Origin: Gammaproteobacteria bacterium
GTDB taxonomy: Bacteria > Pseudomonadota > Gammaproteobacteria > UBA4575
NCBI GenBank assembly: GCA_965262455.1
Contig: CBDHFH010000008.1
Coordinates: 1,219,911 to 1,283,910, forward strand
DNA length: 64,000 nucleotides
Direction: 5' to 3'
Below are positions 44,543-55,270 of the stretch, piece after piece. Made by a program: the position numbers and the translations under genes. Under the pieces are notes generated by a model. The model had not been told where the DNA came from. It searched no databases and saw only the letters and a program-made list of their open reading frames with translations. Numbering within the stretch: the stretch's first letter is position 1; each line of letters starts with the position of its first letter.

Positions 44543-44968
44543 ATGACTCACACGAAACCAGTTGGTTTAATGCGCAGGTTTTTAATCATGTTTTATGATG
44601 CAATTTTATTAATCGCGTTATTATTTTTTGCCTCTATTGCTGTCGCAGTACCCTTCGAAATAACACGCGAACACGCTTGGTATCCTGTTTACATTCTCTA
44701 TATTCACATTGTTGCTTATATCTTTTTTGGCTGGTGCTGGACACGTGGAGGACAAACTCTTGGCGCGAAAACCTGGAAAATAAAATTAGTCGCAGATACA
44801 GGCAATAACATCACCTGGGGACAAGCACTATTGCGCTATATTGGTTCACTGCTTTGTTGGCTCACGCTAGGATTAGGATTTTTATGGTGTTATACAAATA
44901 AAGAACGCCGCGCCTGGAATGATATGTTATCTAAAACACACCTGATAAGAATCAACGAACCATCCTAA
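44543..44968 (+). CDS. RDD-family membrane protein
   Basis: 141 aa with 3 predicted TM helices and the RDD-family architecture. It is divergent from xerD. Confidence 0.6.
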   Translation: MTHTKPVGLMRRFLIMFYDAILLIALLFFASIAVAVPFEITREHAWYPVYILYIHIVAYIFFGWCWTRGGQTLGAKTWKIKLVADTGNNITWGQALLRYIGSLLCWLTLGLGFLWCYTNKERRAWNDMLSKTHLIRINEPS

Positions 44969-46010
44969 ATGCAATTAGCGAGCATGCAAGGATAATCATG
45001 ACTGGCAGGAATGCCACCAGTAACGGTGAAAACTGGTAAACAATAGCGCCATTTGTTATCGCTTCTACAATGATATACACAACTAAAGCGATTACTATCC
45101 CTATTAACAACCTTTGCCCCGCGCCACCCAGTTGTCTGGGCCTGAACACTAACGGCAATGCTAATAACAACATAGATAAGCCAACAAACGGTACCGCTAT
45201 ACGCTTGAATAGCGCAACTTTATACTCTCGGGCATCTAAATGATTATCTTCTAAATAGAAAATATATTCATACAGCCGTTGAACGGACATTTTGAACGGA
45301 TCCGACGTAACGGACTGGAGTAAATTCTGAAAAAATAACGCGTCCACAACGAATTTGTCAGCATTGTTAACCGTCACCTTGGCATCTGCAAAAGAAGAAC
45401 TGCGATAATCTTGTAGATGCCATGCGTTATCTTGCCGGATGGCATTTTGAACCTGACTGATTTTTTGAATATCTCCGGCATCATTAAACTGATAAATTTC
45501 AATATCTTTTAATAAATCTTTTGAAACGGCTTGCCCAACTCGTATGAAACTCTGTTGATCACGCACCCAATAACTCTCATCAGAGGCCAACAATACATTA
45601 TCTTGACTGTTTTGATTGAGCGAAACAGATAATTTTTCTCCATACGGCATATACGACTCAACCAAAATACTGAGTGTCAAAGTAATTAACAACCCTGCAA
45701 CACAAGAGATAACTCCCACCCTTAAGCGACTATACCCACAGGCTCCCGCCGCGACCAATTCTGAGCTGGCAGCAAACTGTCCTAAGCTAAACAAGGTACC
45801 AATCAACATGCTACTGGGAATGAATTCAAAAAACTTATGCGGTATATCGAGTATTGTCAGCAAAATAACATCAGCAAACTTATCCCCAGAGTTCATGCGT
45901 CCGACTTGATAAAACAGATCTCCTAGCCAATCCACAGCACAGATTGCGAGTAAAGCAACGACAATGCCGAGCAATACAGATCGTATTAAATAAACATCTA
46001 AAGTCTTCAT
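44952..46010 (-). CDS. lptG: LPS export ABC transporter permease LptG
   Basis: 352 aa of the YjgP/YjgQ permease family. There is a 4-bp overlap with lptF upstream. Confidence 0.85.
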   Translation of the reverse strand: MKTLDVYLIRSVLLGIVVALLAICAVDWLGDLFYQVGRMNSGDKFADVILLTILDIPHKFFEFIPSSMLIGTLFSLGQFAASSELVAAGACGYSRLRVGVISCVAGLLITLTLSILVESYMPYGEKLSVSLNQNSQDNVLLASDESYWVRDQQSFIRVGQAVSKDLLKDIEIYQFNDAGDIQKISQVQNAIRQDNAWHLQDYRSSSFADAKVTVNNADKFVVDALFFQNLLQSVTSDPFKMSVQRLYEYIFYLEDNHLDAREYKVALFKRIAVPFVGLSMLLLALPLVFRPRQLGGAGQRLLIGIVIALVVYIIVEAITNGAIVYQFSPLLVAFLPVMIILACSLIAFRMVR

Positions 46011-47095
46011 GGCGATTGCGGCACTCTCTTTCGCAACCAGGCCAGGCGCGTTTTTTGATAGGCAATGAAAGTACCCAACATGAACAACAGATGAATTAGG
46101 GCAAGGGCAAACAGTCCATAATCTTCTTGTTTCTTTATCCAGCTGCAGGCGACGATAACTAAATTCAAATATAGAATATAAATCACTACAGCAAATGCTA
46201 ATCGTGAGAAGCGACCTGAATTTGGTGCCACTTTGCTGATAGGGATGGCTAGTAGCATCAACAGAAAAGTCGACAAGATAATTGAACCGCGCTGTAATAA
46301 CTCAGCCAGGTAACTAGCGTCGTGCAAGGCGAATAAGCTATGAATGTTTTGGTATTTAGCCTTATCGGCTTCACTAGAGAAATCTGTTCTTGGCGGATTA
46401 ATATGATGCTCTTGGTATGTCGATATTGCATACTCAGCATTACCAGGCAGGCCTTCTATGGTCTTTCCATCATACAGCACAAATGTTTGCGCCAAATCGG
46501 AACTTTGTTGCATGCTTGCGCGCTGTGCAATTTCTACGACTAGCTTACCATCGACATTTCTCTGCAAAAATACATTATGCAGAGTACCGTCCTGCACATT
46601 TTCTTTTTCTGCATAGACAACCCAGCCAGTGCTTTCTAATTCAAAAAACTTACCAGGCGATAATTGTCCCAGCACCATACTTTGCTCAGTGACACTCTCT
46701 ATCACTTCAGCCAGGCGATGCGCCCACGGCGACACATAAGATACTAATAAATACAACACGATAATTACAGGCAAGCCAATCATCATGACTGCGTGTATGA
46801 AATCTCTATTACTGGCACCGCCTGCCATGGCCGCATTGATCTCACTATCTTTGTGCATGCGACTTAACACCATAATGATTGCAATAAACAATGAAAACGG
46901 CAGCAAAATAACCAAGTAGCGAATTATGCCTAATAACAACACTGTACCGAGCATGTTTGCCGTCAAGTCGCCTTCTAACACTTCGCCAAGCAACTGAATG
47001 AAGAGTTTACCCAAGATAATTAACAACAAGACAATCGCCACCGAGACGATGGCTGCAACAATGTCACGTGCAATGTACTTAGAAAGAATTCGCAT
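46007..47095 (-). CDS. lptF: LPS export ABC transporter permease LptF
   Basis: 362 aa of the YjgP/YjgQ family. It is divergent from pepA, as in E. coli. Confidence 0.85.
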   Translation of the reverse strand: MRILSKYIARDIVAAIVSVAIVLLLIILGKLFIQLLGEVLEGDLTANMLGTVLLLGIIRYLVILLPFSLFIAIIMVLSRMHKDSEINAAMAGGASNRDFIHAVMMIGLPVIIVLYLLVSYVSPWAHRLAEVIESVTEQSMVLGQLSPGKFFELESTGWVVYAEKENVQDGTLHNVFLQRNVDGKLVVEIAQRASMQQSSDLAQTFVLYDGKTIEGLPGNAEYAISTYQEHHINPPRTDFSSEADKAKYQNIHSLFALHDASYLAELLQRGSIILSTFLLMLLAIPISKVAPNSGRFSRLAFAVVIYILYLNLVIVACSWIKKQEDYGLFALALIHLLFMLGTFIAYQKTRLAWLRKRVPQSP

Positions 47096-47191
47096 TATGT
47101 ATTCTGATGTCTAGCGACAAATTTATGGTAAAGTTGATGCAATTTTATATATCACCTTGAATCACAGAAAAAATACTTAGGAGAATAATCA

Positions 47192-48685
47192 ATGGAGTAT
47201 CTCGTAAAACGCAGTGAGATTACTAGCGAGAAAACTGCCTGTGCAATTGTGCCTTTATTTTCAAACAAGCGCTTAAGTGAAGAAGCTCAACAATTAGACA
47301 AACTTTACCGTGGCATGTTGTCTGACGCGACAAAAAATGGTGACATCACTGGCGATCTTGGGCAAACACTCGTGTTACACACTCCTAAGAACTCTGTTCA
47401 CAAACGTATATTATTAGTGGGCTGCGGAAAAGCAAAAGAATTGGACATTATTAAATACAAAAAAATCCTATCTTCCTGCATCAGTACGCTAAAAAGCACA
47501 TCGTCCACAGATGCCATTAGCACTTTAAGCACACTGGATATTAACGATCAGTCAGCGCGATCATTAACACGTATGCATATAATCCAAGCCGAGGATACTT
47601 ATTACAAATACGATCAAACGCTGTCTAAGAAAAATGCTCCTGTCAAACTAAAACGCATTAAATTTATTTGTCAGCAGCAAAATCTGCTTAAGCTGATCAA
47701 ACAAGGCATCCAACAAGGCAAAGCAATTGCCAATGGCATGATGACGACCAAAGAACTTGGCAATTTACCGGGAAATATCTGCACACCTAGCTATTTAGCC
47801 AAAACGGCACAAAATATAAAAAAAGGCCAAGGCAAATTAACATATAGCGTGCTCGATGAACGTGAAATGAAAAAATTAGGTATGGGCTCTTTGCTGTCGG
47901 TTTCTGCTGGTAGTGCACAGCCCGCCAAATTAATCTCTTTGCAGTATCGAGGCGGTAAGCGTGGTAGCAAACCGATTGTACTTGTTGGCAAAGGCATTAC
48001 ATTCGACACTGGCGGCATCTCACTTAAACCTGGCGCCGCAATGGATGAAATGAAATTCGACATGTGTGGAGCCGCGACTGTGCTAGGCACAATGCAAGCA
48101 ATCAACCATATGCAGCTACCACTTAACGTAGTCGGGTTAATTGCCTGCGCGGAAAATATGCCAGGAGGCAAGGCAACCAAACCAGGAGATGTTGTCACCT
48201 CCATGTCTGGTCAAACCATTGAGATTTTAAATACTGATGCAGAAGGCCGATTAGTATTATGTGACGCGTTAACTTATGCCAAGCGTTACGATCCTGATGT
48301 CGTTATCGACATGGCAACTCTCACAGGCGCTGTGCTTGTCGCTTTAGGCCAAGAAACGACAGGACTGATGAGCAATTCAGACAAATTAAGTGAAGATTTA
48401 TTTGCTGCCGGTATTGCGACGGGAGATCGTGCCTGGCGATTACCTATCTGGGAAGAATACCAATCACAACTGGACAGTAATTTTGCTGACATGGCGAACA
48501 TTGGAGGCCGCTGGGCAGGCAGCATCACTGCGGCTTGCTTCTTAGCCAGGTTCACCAAAGAATATAAGTGGGCACACTTGGATATTGCCGGTGTCGCTTG
48601 GTATCAAGGCAAAAATAAAGGCGCAACAGGTCGGCCCGTACCTATGCTAACCGAGTATTTAATGCGTCGAGCGCGGATTGCATAA
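47192..48685 (+). CDS. pepA: Leucyl aminopeptidase (cytosol aminopeptidase, M17)
   Basis: 497 aa with the M17 signature NTDAEGRL and the conserved pepA-holC-valS order. Confidence 0.9.
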   Translation: MEYLVKRSEITSEKTACAIVPLFSNKRLSEEAQQLDKLYRGMLSDATKNGDITGDLGQTLVLHTPKNSVHKRILLVGCGKAKELDIIKYKKILSSCISTLKSTSSTDAISTLSTLDINDQSARSLTRMHIIQAEDTYYKYDQTLSKKNAPVKLKRIKFICQQQNLLKLIKQGIQQGKAIANGMMTTKELGNLPGNICTPSYLAKTAQNIKKGQGKLTYSVLDEREMKKLGMGSLLSVSAGSAQPAKLISLQYRGGKRGSKPIVLVGKGITFDTGGISLKPGAAMDEMKFDMCGAATVLGTMQAINHMQLPLNVVGLIACAENMPGGKATKPGDVVTSMSGQTIEILNTDAEGRLVLCDALTYAKRYDPDVVIDMATLTGAVLVALGQETTGLMSNSDKLSEDLFAAGIATGDRAWRLPIWEEYQSQLDSNFADMANIGGRWAGSITAACFLARFTKEYKWAHLDIAGVAWYQGKNKGATGRPVPMLTEYLMRRARIA

Positions 48686-48735
48686 TGTTAATTTGGTAGA
48701 TCTGATTCATTTTTTGATTATTCTTTCAATTCAAT

Positions 48736-49158
48736 ATGCCTCAAATTGACTTTTATATAGTCGAGAATAAATCAAAAGATGGCTGGCTACGCTATGCTTG
48801 TCGGCTGATTGAAAAAGCCTACACCCTCGGCATGCATGTCCATGTGCACACACCCAATGATGCTTTAACCATGCAAATGGATGAGTTGCTATGGGTGTTC
48901 CGTGACCGTAGTTTTATTCCTCATCAGCAAACGTGCGCAGACGATGAATTATGCGCCGTGACATTAAATCATCAACAGTTGCCAAAACATCGCGAGTTAC
49001 TGGTAAATTTATGCACGACAGCTGTGGATTTTTATCTTGATTTCGATCGCGTTATTGAAGTCGTTGGTGACGAACAAATAATGAAACAGCAGGCACGCGA
49101 GCGGTTTCGCTTTTATCGTGAGAAAGGTCAATCCCCAACTCATCATCACATAATTTAA
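48736..49158 (+). CDS. holC: DNA polymerase III subunit chi
   Basis: 140 aa beginning MPQIDFYIV... typical of HolC. Synteny with pepA and valS. Confidence 0.8.
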   Translation: MPQIDFYIVENKSKDGWLRYACRLIEKAYTLGMHVHVHTPNDALTMQMDELLWVFRDRSFIPHQQTCADDELCAVTLNHQQLPKHRELLVNLCTTAVDFYLDFDRVIEVVGDEQIMKQQARERFRFYREKGQSPTHHHII

Positions 49159-49300
49159 CAGGTTGGTAGTTATTTAATACAATTCAAACAACTTACCATG
49201 GTGACTAGCAGATTTTAGCCATAGAATATCGCATCATTAAACCAGCAGCATACCCGCAAGCAATTACTTCTAATCATAAATTTCAGGGAATCAGTTCATC

Positions 49301-52060
49301 GTGGAAAAAGTGTATCAACCACACGAAATAGAAAAGCATTGGTATCAAGAATGGAAATCAAAAGGATACTTCCAACCTGCAAGCGAAAATGAACAAAGCT
49401 TTTGCATTATGATCCCACCGCCCAATGTGACGGGCACACTTCACATGGGGCATGCATTTAACAACACCATCATGGACAGCCTCACACGTTACCATCGCAT
49501 GTGCGGCGATAACACGCTATGGCAACCTGGTACCGACCACGCAGGCATTGCCACACAAATGGTAGTTGAGAGGCAACTCAATGCCGCCGGCACGTCACGC
49601 ACTGAGATTGGCCGAGACAAATTTTTAGAAAAAGTATGGCAGTGGAAACAGCAGTCAGGCAATACTATCTCACAACAATTAGAACGCTTAGGGTCATCCG
49701 TTGATTGGTCGCGCGAACGTTTCACCATGGATGAAGGATTATCTACCGCAGTAAGAGAAGTATTCGTACGCTTATATGAAGAAGGGTTAATATACCGTGG
49801 CAAAAGACTTGTTAACTGGGATCCTGTATTACATACCGCTGTATCTGATTTAGAGGTTATCTCCAAAGAAGAGAATGGCCATTTATGGCATATGCGCTAC
49901 CCTCTCACTGACGCGAGTGGTCATCTAATAGTTGCCACAACACGACCCGAAACCATGTTGGGAGATGCAGCTGTCGCAGTGCACCCTGACGATGAGCGTT
50001 ATCAACATTTAATTGGCAAACATGTGCATTTGCCATTATGTAACAGAAACATTCCCATAATTGCAGATGACTATGTTGACCCGGAATTTGGATCAGGTTG
50101 CGTAAAAATTACTCCTGCTCATGATTTTAATGACTATGATGTGGGTAAGCGCCATGACCTACCCTTGATTAATATATTCACTGTTGATGCAAAAATAAAT
50201 CAGCAGGCGCCGCTTAATTACCAAGACCTGGATCGCTATGACGCACGCAAGAAAATTATTGATGATCTTAGCGCGCAAGGGCTGTTAGAGAAAATTGTTG
50301 ACCATAAACTGATGGTGCCGCGTGGAGATCGATCAGGAGCAGTAGTAGAACCTTTTTTAACTGATCAATGGTATGTAAAAATCGAGCCGCTCGCACAACC
50401 GGCAATTAAAGCAGTCGAGGATGGTCGCATACGGTTTATCCCTGAAAACTGGAGCAATACATATTTTGAATGGATGCGGAATATACAAGACTGGTGCATC
50501 AGCCGCCAACTCTGGTGGGGACACCGTATACCAGCATGGTATGACGAACAGGGCAATATATATGTTGGTCGTGATGAAAACGAAGTACGAGAGAAACATA
50601 AACTGGATCAATCCATCTCTCTTAAACAAGAAGAAGATGTGTTAGATACTTGGTTTTCATCTGCTCTGTGGCCTTTCTCAACATTAGGCTGGCCTCAAAA
50701 GACATCAGAATTAAAATCGTTTTATCCCACTTCCGTATTAGTGACGGGCTTCGATATTATTTTCTTCTGGGTCGCACGCATGATCATGATGGGCATGAAG
50801 TTCATGGACGATATTCCATTTAAAGATATTTATATTCATGGATTAGTGCGTGATTCAGACGGGCAAAAAATGTCGAAATCAAAAGGTAATGTACTCGACC
50901 CTATTGATTTGATAGACGGCATTAGTTTAGAGGCACTTGTCGAAAAACGGACTAAAGGATTAATGCAGCCTCAAATGGCAGCAAATATAGAAAAGTCCAC
51001 ACGCAAACATTTCCCGGATGGCATCCCTGCATTTGGCACAGATGCGTTACGCTTTACGTTTGCTGCGCTCGCTTCGACTGGGCGAGATGTGAAGTTCGAC
51101 TTGCACCGTATTGAAGGTTATCGCAACTTTTGCAATAAGCTCTGGAACGCTTCGCGCTTTGTACTAATGAACTGCGAGAATGAAAAAGTCGCAGATCAAA
51201 TCGAATTTTCCTCATTATCAACAGTAGATCGCTGGATACTAAGTCGACAGCAAGAACTTATCGACCTTGTTCATCATGATATTCAACACTATCGTTTTGA
51301 TCTAGCAGCAAAAGCATTGTATGAATTTACCTGGAACGAATTTTGTGACTGGTATTTAGAATTAATCAAGCCCGTCATGTTCTCTGATAATGAACAGGCC
51401 AAACAACAAACTCGCCGTGTGTTGCTTGAGGTATTAGAGACTTTATTAAGACTACTACACCCAATAATTCCATTTATTACCGAAGAAATTTGGCAAGCAG
51501 TTTCTCCCAAGCTAGGAATGAATACTACAACTATTATGCTGCAAAATTTTCCACGCAGTACTAATGATCTAGTTGATGTGAGCAGTGCTGAAGAAATTGA
51601 CTGGTTGAAAGAATTCATCATTGGCGTCAGAAAGATACGCTCAGAAATGGACATCCCCCCCGGTAAACAAGTACCCGTACTGCTACAGCAATGCTCGCAG
51701 CTTGACAGTCAGCGCGTAGAGTCAAATCGAACTGCACTAGACAAGCTGGCTAAACTTGAAAGCATTAATATTATCGCCGATGAGGATGCACCTGAAGCTG
51801 CGTTAGCCTTGGTGGGAGAAATGAAAGTATTGATTCCTCTGGCTGGCCTAATTAATAAAGACGAAGAGCTAAAACGACTCGGCAAAGATATTAGCAAGCT
51901 GGAGAGCAATATCGAAAAAACACGCAATAAGTTAAACAATCCAAATTTCAAAGATAAAGCACCTGCAGAGGTCGTTGAAAAACAGCAGGTATTGCTAAAC
52001 GAACAACAGCAAGCTCTGGCAGAATTGCGTCAACAAAAAGAAAAAATGGAAAGACTCTAG
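49301..52060 (+). CDS. valS: Valine--tRNA ligase
   Basis: 919 aa with a GTG start, the HIGH motif ([12 protein letters not shown]), KMSKS (KMSKSKGN) and a C-terminal coiled coil. Confidence 0.95.
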   Translation: MEKVYQPHEIEKHWYQEWKSKGYFQPASENEQSFCIMIPPPNVTGTLHMGHAFNNTIMDSLTRYHRMCGDNTLWQPGTDHAGIATQMVVERQLNAAGTSRTEIGRDKFLEKVWQWKQQSGNTISQQLERLGSSVDWSRERFTMDEGLSTAVREVFVRLYEEGLIYRGKRLVNWDPVLHTAVSDLEVISKEENGHLWHMRYPLTDASGHLIVATTRPETMLGDAAVAVHPDDERYQHLIGKHVHLPLCNRNIPIIADDYVDPEFGSGCVKITPAHDFNDYDVGKRHDLPLINIFTVDAKINQQAPLNYQDLDRYDARKKIIDDLSAQGLLEKIVDHKLMVPRGDRSGAVVEPFLTDQWYVKIEPLAQPAIKAVEDGRIRFIPENWSNTYFEWMRNIQDWCISRQLWWGHRIPAWYDEQGNIYVGRDENEVREKHKLDQSISLKQEEDVLDTWFSSALWPFSTLGWPQKTSELKSFYPTSVLVTGFDIIFFWVARMIMMGMKFMDDIPFKDIYIHGLVRDSDGQKMSKSKGNVLDPIDLIDGISLEALVEKRTKGLMQPQMAANIEKSTRKHFPDGIPAFGTDALRFTFAALASTGRDVKFDLHRIEGYRNFCNKLWNASRFVLMNCENEKVADQIEFSSLSTVDRWILSRQQELIDLVHHDIQHYRFDLAAKALYEFTWNEFCDWYLELIKPVMFSDNEQAKQQTRRVLLEVLETLLRLLHPIIPFITEEIWQAVSPKLGMNTTTIMLQNFPRSTNDLVDVSSAEEIDWLKEFIIGVRKIRSEMDIPPGKQVPVLLQQCSQLDSQRVESNRTALDKLAKLESINIIADEDAPEAALALVGEMKVLIPLAGLINKDEELKRLGKDISKLESNIEKTRNKLNNPNFKDKAPAEVVEKQQVLLNEQQQALAELRQQKEKMERL

Positions 52061-52308
52061 GACGCTATATTATTAACGTCCATGTAATGCACATTTCAGC
52101 AACTATTCGTTTTGGGAATCTAACTCATTACTCCAATTGCCAAAGCTACAATAATGATAGCTATCACCATAGCTGCAAACATTTGGCTATCACTCATAAT
52201 CTTATCCCTTAGCATCTTTGTAATAATAATTTAACATTTATATGCTAGGCATGCATTCTCATCTCTCTATCCCGCAGATAAGTAAAATTAATCTAAGAGC
52301 ATAAGGCC

Positions 52309-52941
52309 TTGTTTTACATAGAAACTGACCAACTTGCCGCCTTCATAGCAGCCTCTATCGTATTGATCATCTTCCCTGGGCCCGATCTCATATTCTTGAT
52401 TACACAATCATTACATAAAGGCATAAAGGCCGGTCTTGCCACTGCACTTGGCTTAGCCAGCGGTAACCTTATTCACACCCTAGCGGTCACATTTGGCCTT
52501 GCAATCATCCTGCAAACCAACAGACATGCCTTAATTATTATTCAATCGCTAGGTGCATGTTATTTACTTTATTTAGCGTACCTTGCAGTAGCCAATAGCA
52601 ACCAGTCGAACCATGAGAAAAGCATAACCCACGAACAACATGTAAGTTTTTATATTCGCGGTGTCTTGATGAATATATTAAATCCGAAAGTGGCGTTATT
52701 TTTTTTATCCTTCCTGCCACAATTTATTTCACAGCACTCAACTCATGCACATACTTCGATGATATTTTTAGGCGTTGTTTTTACTGTATTAGTGATCATT
52801 ATCTTTTCCAGTGTTGCATTAATTACTCATCAACTTAAACAATACTCACTATTAAACATTCTTAGCCATAAATTTTTTTCTTGGTTATGTGCGACCGTGT
52901 TTATTTTTATTTCCTTACATCTTTTACTTAGCATCTTTTAG
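52309..52941 (+). CDS. LysE/RhtB-family amino-acid exporter
   Basis: 210 aa with 6 TM helices and an N-terminus (FIAASIVLIIFPGPD) typical of RhtB/LysE transporters. Confidence 0.7.
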   Translation: MFYIETDQLAAFIAASIVLIIFPGPDLIFLITQSLHKGIKAGLATALGLASGNLIHTLAVTFGLAIILQTNRHALIIIQSLGACYLLYLAYLAVANSNQSNHEKSITHEQHVSFYIRGVLMNILNPKVALFFLSFLPQFISQHSTHAHTSMIFLGVVFTVLVIIIFSSVALITHQLKQYSLLNILSHKFFSWLCATVFIFISLHLLLSIF

Positions 52942-52954
52942 TTAAGTAATTTTT

Positions 52955-52970
52955 TGTGACTTACGTCACG
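52955..52970. promoter_or_regulatory. Candidate CRP/Vfr-family binding site (TGTGA-N6-TCAC) upstream of the peroxidase gene
   Basis: tgtgacttacgtcacg is a near-perfect match to TGTGA-N6-TCACA (9 of 10 half-site positions). It lies about 134-149 bp upstream of the 53104 start in an AT-rich intergenic region. Confidence 0.35.
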
Positions 52971-53103
52971 CAAAATTAACATACAAGCTATAGGATAATT
53001 TCATAATTATAAAACTAATAACAATAATAAAATCTAGTTTAAGTAAAAGCCTTAACTCACTAATCAAAGTTAGTTTTTTATTAAGCTTCAGAAGGAAAAC
53101 AAG

Positions 53104-54831
53104 ATGAAATTACTCATAGCAACAGCACTAAGCCTGTGTATAGCAATATTATTTGGTACTGCTATCGCTGAAACCTCGCAACCATCCAAGACAGAAGATT
53201 TGCTTAAAGAAGCAGATCAGACCATGTCAAATCCAAACACTTCACCGATTAGACGCATAGAACGCAAACACTATAAGTATAAAAGAGGTGAAAAAAGAAT
53301 TTTTTATCGCAACATTGATGGCAGTGAGAATAACCTAAGCACTCACGAGATGAATCAAACCGATACACCGCTAATGCGCATCACAAAACAAGGTTACAGC
53401 GACGACTCTAGTTCTATGGCAGGTGTTAACAGGCCAGGACCTAGAAGTATCAGTAATCATGTTATGACGCAAAGCGAATCAATTCTAAATTCAAAAAAAG
53501 CCAGTGACTTTCTGTGGCAATGGGGACAATTTCTAGATCATGATATCGACTTAACTGATGGCGCACATCCCGAAGAGCTAGCTAATATCGCAATACCTAA
53601 AGGAGACCCTCAGTTTGACCCCGACAATACGGGCACTGCTTACATGAAATTTAACCGCTCCATCTATGAGCCTAATTACTTGCCACGCGAGCAGTTAAAT
53701 GAAATTACCGGATGGATTGATGCTTCAAATGTCTATGGTTCAGACGAGGAACGCGCCTTAGCATTAAGACGCATGGATGGTTCTGGCAAACTAAAAACCA
53801 GCAAACGAGGATTAATGCCATTTAACACCGCGGGCTTAAGTAACGCGGGTGGTAACAGTGCTGAATTGTTTTTAGCAGGTGATGTGCGTGCTAATGAGCA
53901 AATAGGATTGACGGCAGTGCATACGCTGTTTGTCAGGGAACACAATCGACTTGCTAAACAAATCAAGCACAAGCACCCTAAACTTAGTGGTGATGAAATT
54001 TACCTTAAAGCACGCCGCATTGTGGCAGCGCAGATGCAAGTGATTACATATAAGGAGTTCTTGCCAGTATTGCTTGGTAAAAAAGCATTATCAAAATACA
54101 AGGGATATAACCCGGACATAGACGCTCGCGTGTCAAACGAGTTTTCTACGGCTGCCTATCGACTTGGTCATAGTTTATTGTCTCCAGCGATTTTACGTAT
54201 AAACAAAAAAGGCAAAGAAACACGTTACAAGCACATATCACTTCGCGAAGCTTTTTTTGCGCCACATATATTGACTGAAGAGAATAACATTGGCCCGATT
54301 TTACGTGGCTTAGCATCACAGCGATGCCAAGAGCTTGATATATTCGTGATCGATGATGTTAGAAATTTCTTATTTGGTCAGCCAGGCAGTGGTGGCTTTG
54401 ATCTAGCTTCACTTAATATTCAACGTGGACGTGATCACGGTTTACTTAGTTACAATGAAACACGCATTTCTCTTGGTCTAGCGCCAGCGACGGATTTCTC
54501 AGACATTTCTTCAAACCCTCAAATACAGAACAAGTTAAAACTTGCATACAATAATAATATTGATGATGTTGACTTATGGGTAGGTGGCTTAGCTGAAGAT
54601 CACGTTAAAGGGGCTCTGGTTGGAGAAATTTTCTTTACCATACTAAAAGATCAATTTGAGCGCTTACGAGATGGTGATCGCTTCTGGTATGAAAACAATT
54701 TCTGGGGCAAAGAGCTTAAGAAAATAAAGAAAACAACATTAGCTAAAGTAATTCGACGCAATACAAATATTGGCAGCGAGTTACAAAAGAATGTATTCAT
54801 CGTCAAGAAGAAGCATCAATATATGCATTAA
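53104..54831 (+). CDS. Secreted animal-haem-peroxidase-family peroxidase (peroxinectin/peroxidasin-like)
   Basis: 575 aa with a signal peptide. The distal-His block is DFLWQWGQFLDHDIDLT and the proximal-His block is LTAVHTLFVREHNRLA. Both are hallmark animal haem peroxidase motifs. A Ca-binding-like region is also present. Confidence 0.85.
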   Translation: MKLLIATALSLCIAILFGTAIAETSQPSKTEDLLKEADQTMSNPNTSPIRRIERKHYKYKRGEKRIFYRNIDGSENNLSTHEMNQTDTPLMRITKQGYSDDSSSMAGVNRPGPRSISNHVMTQSESILNSKKASDFLWQWGQFLDHDIDLTDGAHPEELANIAIPKGDPQFDPDNTGTAYMKFNRSIYEPNYLPREQLNEITGWIDASNVYGSDEERALALRRMDGSGKLKTSKRGLMPFNTAGLSNAGGNSAELFLAGDVRANEQIGLTAVHTLFVREHNRLAKQIKHKHPKLSGDEIYLKARRIVAAQMQVITYKEFLPVLLGKKALSKYKGYNPDIDARVSNEFSTAAYRLGHSLLSPAILRINKKGKETRYKHISLREAFFAPHILTEENNIGPILRGLASQRCQELDIFVIDDVRNFLFGQPGSGGFDLASLNIQRGRDHGLLSYNETRISLGLAPATDFSDISSNPQIQNKLKLAYNNNIDDVDLWVGGLAEDHVKGALVGEIFFTILKDQFERLRDGDRFWYENNFWGKELKKIKKTTLAKVIRRNTNIGSELQKNVFIVKKKHQYMH

Positions 54832-54880
54832 TCTCTGCAAGCTTATGTCATTAACGATTTGCAAATGTATTAGCAAGAGA

Positions 54881-55270
54881 CTAATTATCGGTCTCTTGCT
54901 TGATGACTTGATTTTGTTTGCGGCTTAATAAGATGTAAGTGCTTGATTCATGACCATGATTACACTTTGCATGTATAGTCACACGCTTAGCATCCGGCGG
55001 GATCAGCACATCGCGTGAATAGCGCGTAAATGGTTGTTCGTTAACATGCGGATGATGCAATTTTCTTTTTGCTAACTGTTTCTCGCCATCTGCCATGATC
55101 ACCCATTCATTTGCATAATGTTCCCACCCCGTATCTTCATGCCTGATCGTCACCGCAATATCAAATAATTGGTTTGGCTTTGCCCTGGCTTCTGCTTTTA
55201 CCACTACAGGTGGATGCGAATAAGCGTTCGATGCAAGAAGTAGCAATAGTATGAATAATATATATCTCAT
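54881..55270 (-). CDS. Small secreted His/Cys-rich putative metal-binding protein (129 aa)
   Basis: It has a signal peptide (MRYILFILLLLLASNAYS) and the motifs RHEDTGWEHY, HHPH and CNHGHE. No confident family is assigned. Confidence 0.5.
   Translation of the reverse strand: MRYILFILLLLLASNAYSHPPVVVKAEARAKPNQLFDIAVTIRHEDTGWEHYANEWVIMADGEKQLAKRKLHHPHVNEQPFTRYSRDVLIPPDAKRVTIHAKCNHGHESSTYILLSRKQNQVIKQETDN

Noticed and set aside
47791-48204. 137-aa ORF antisense to pepA
   Set aside because: Shadow ORF within a conserved gene.
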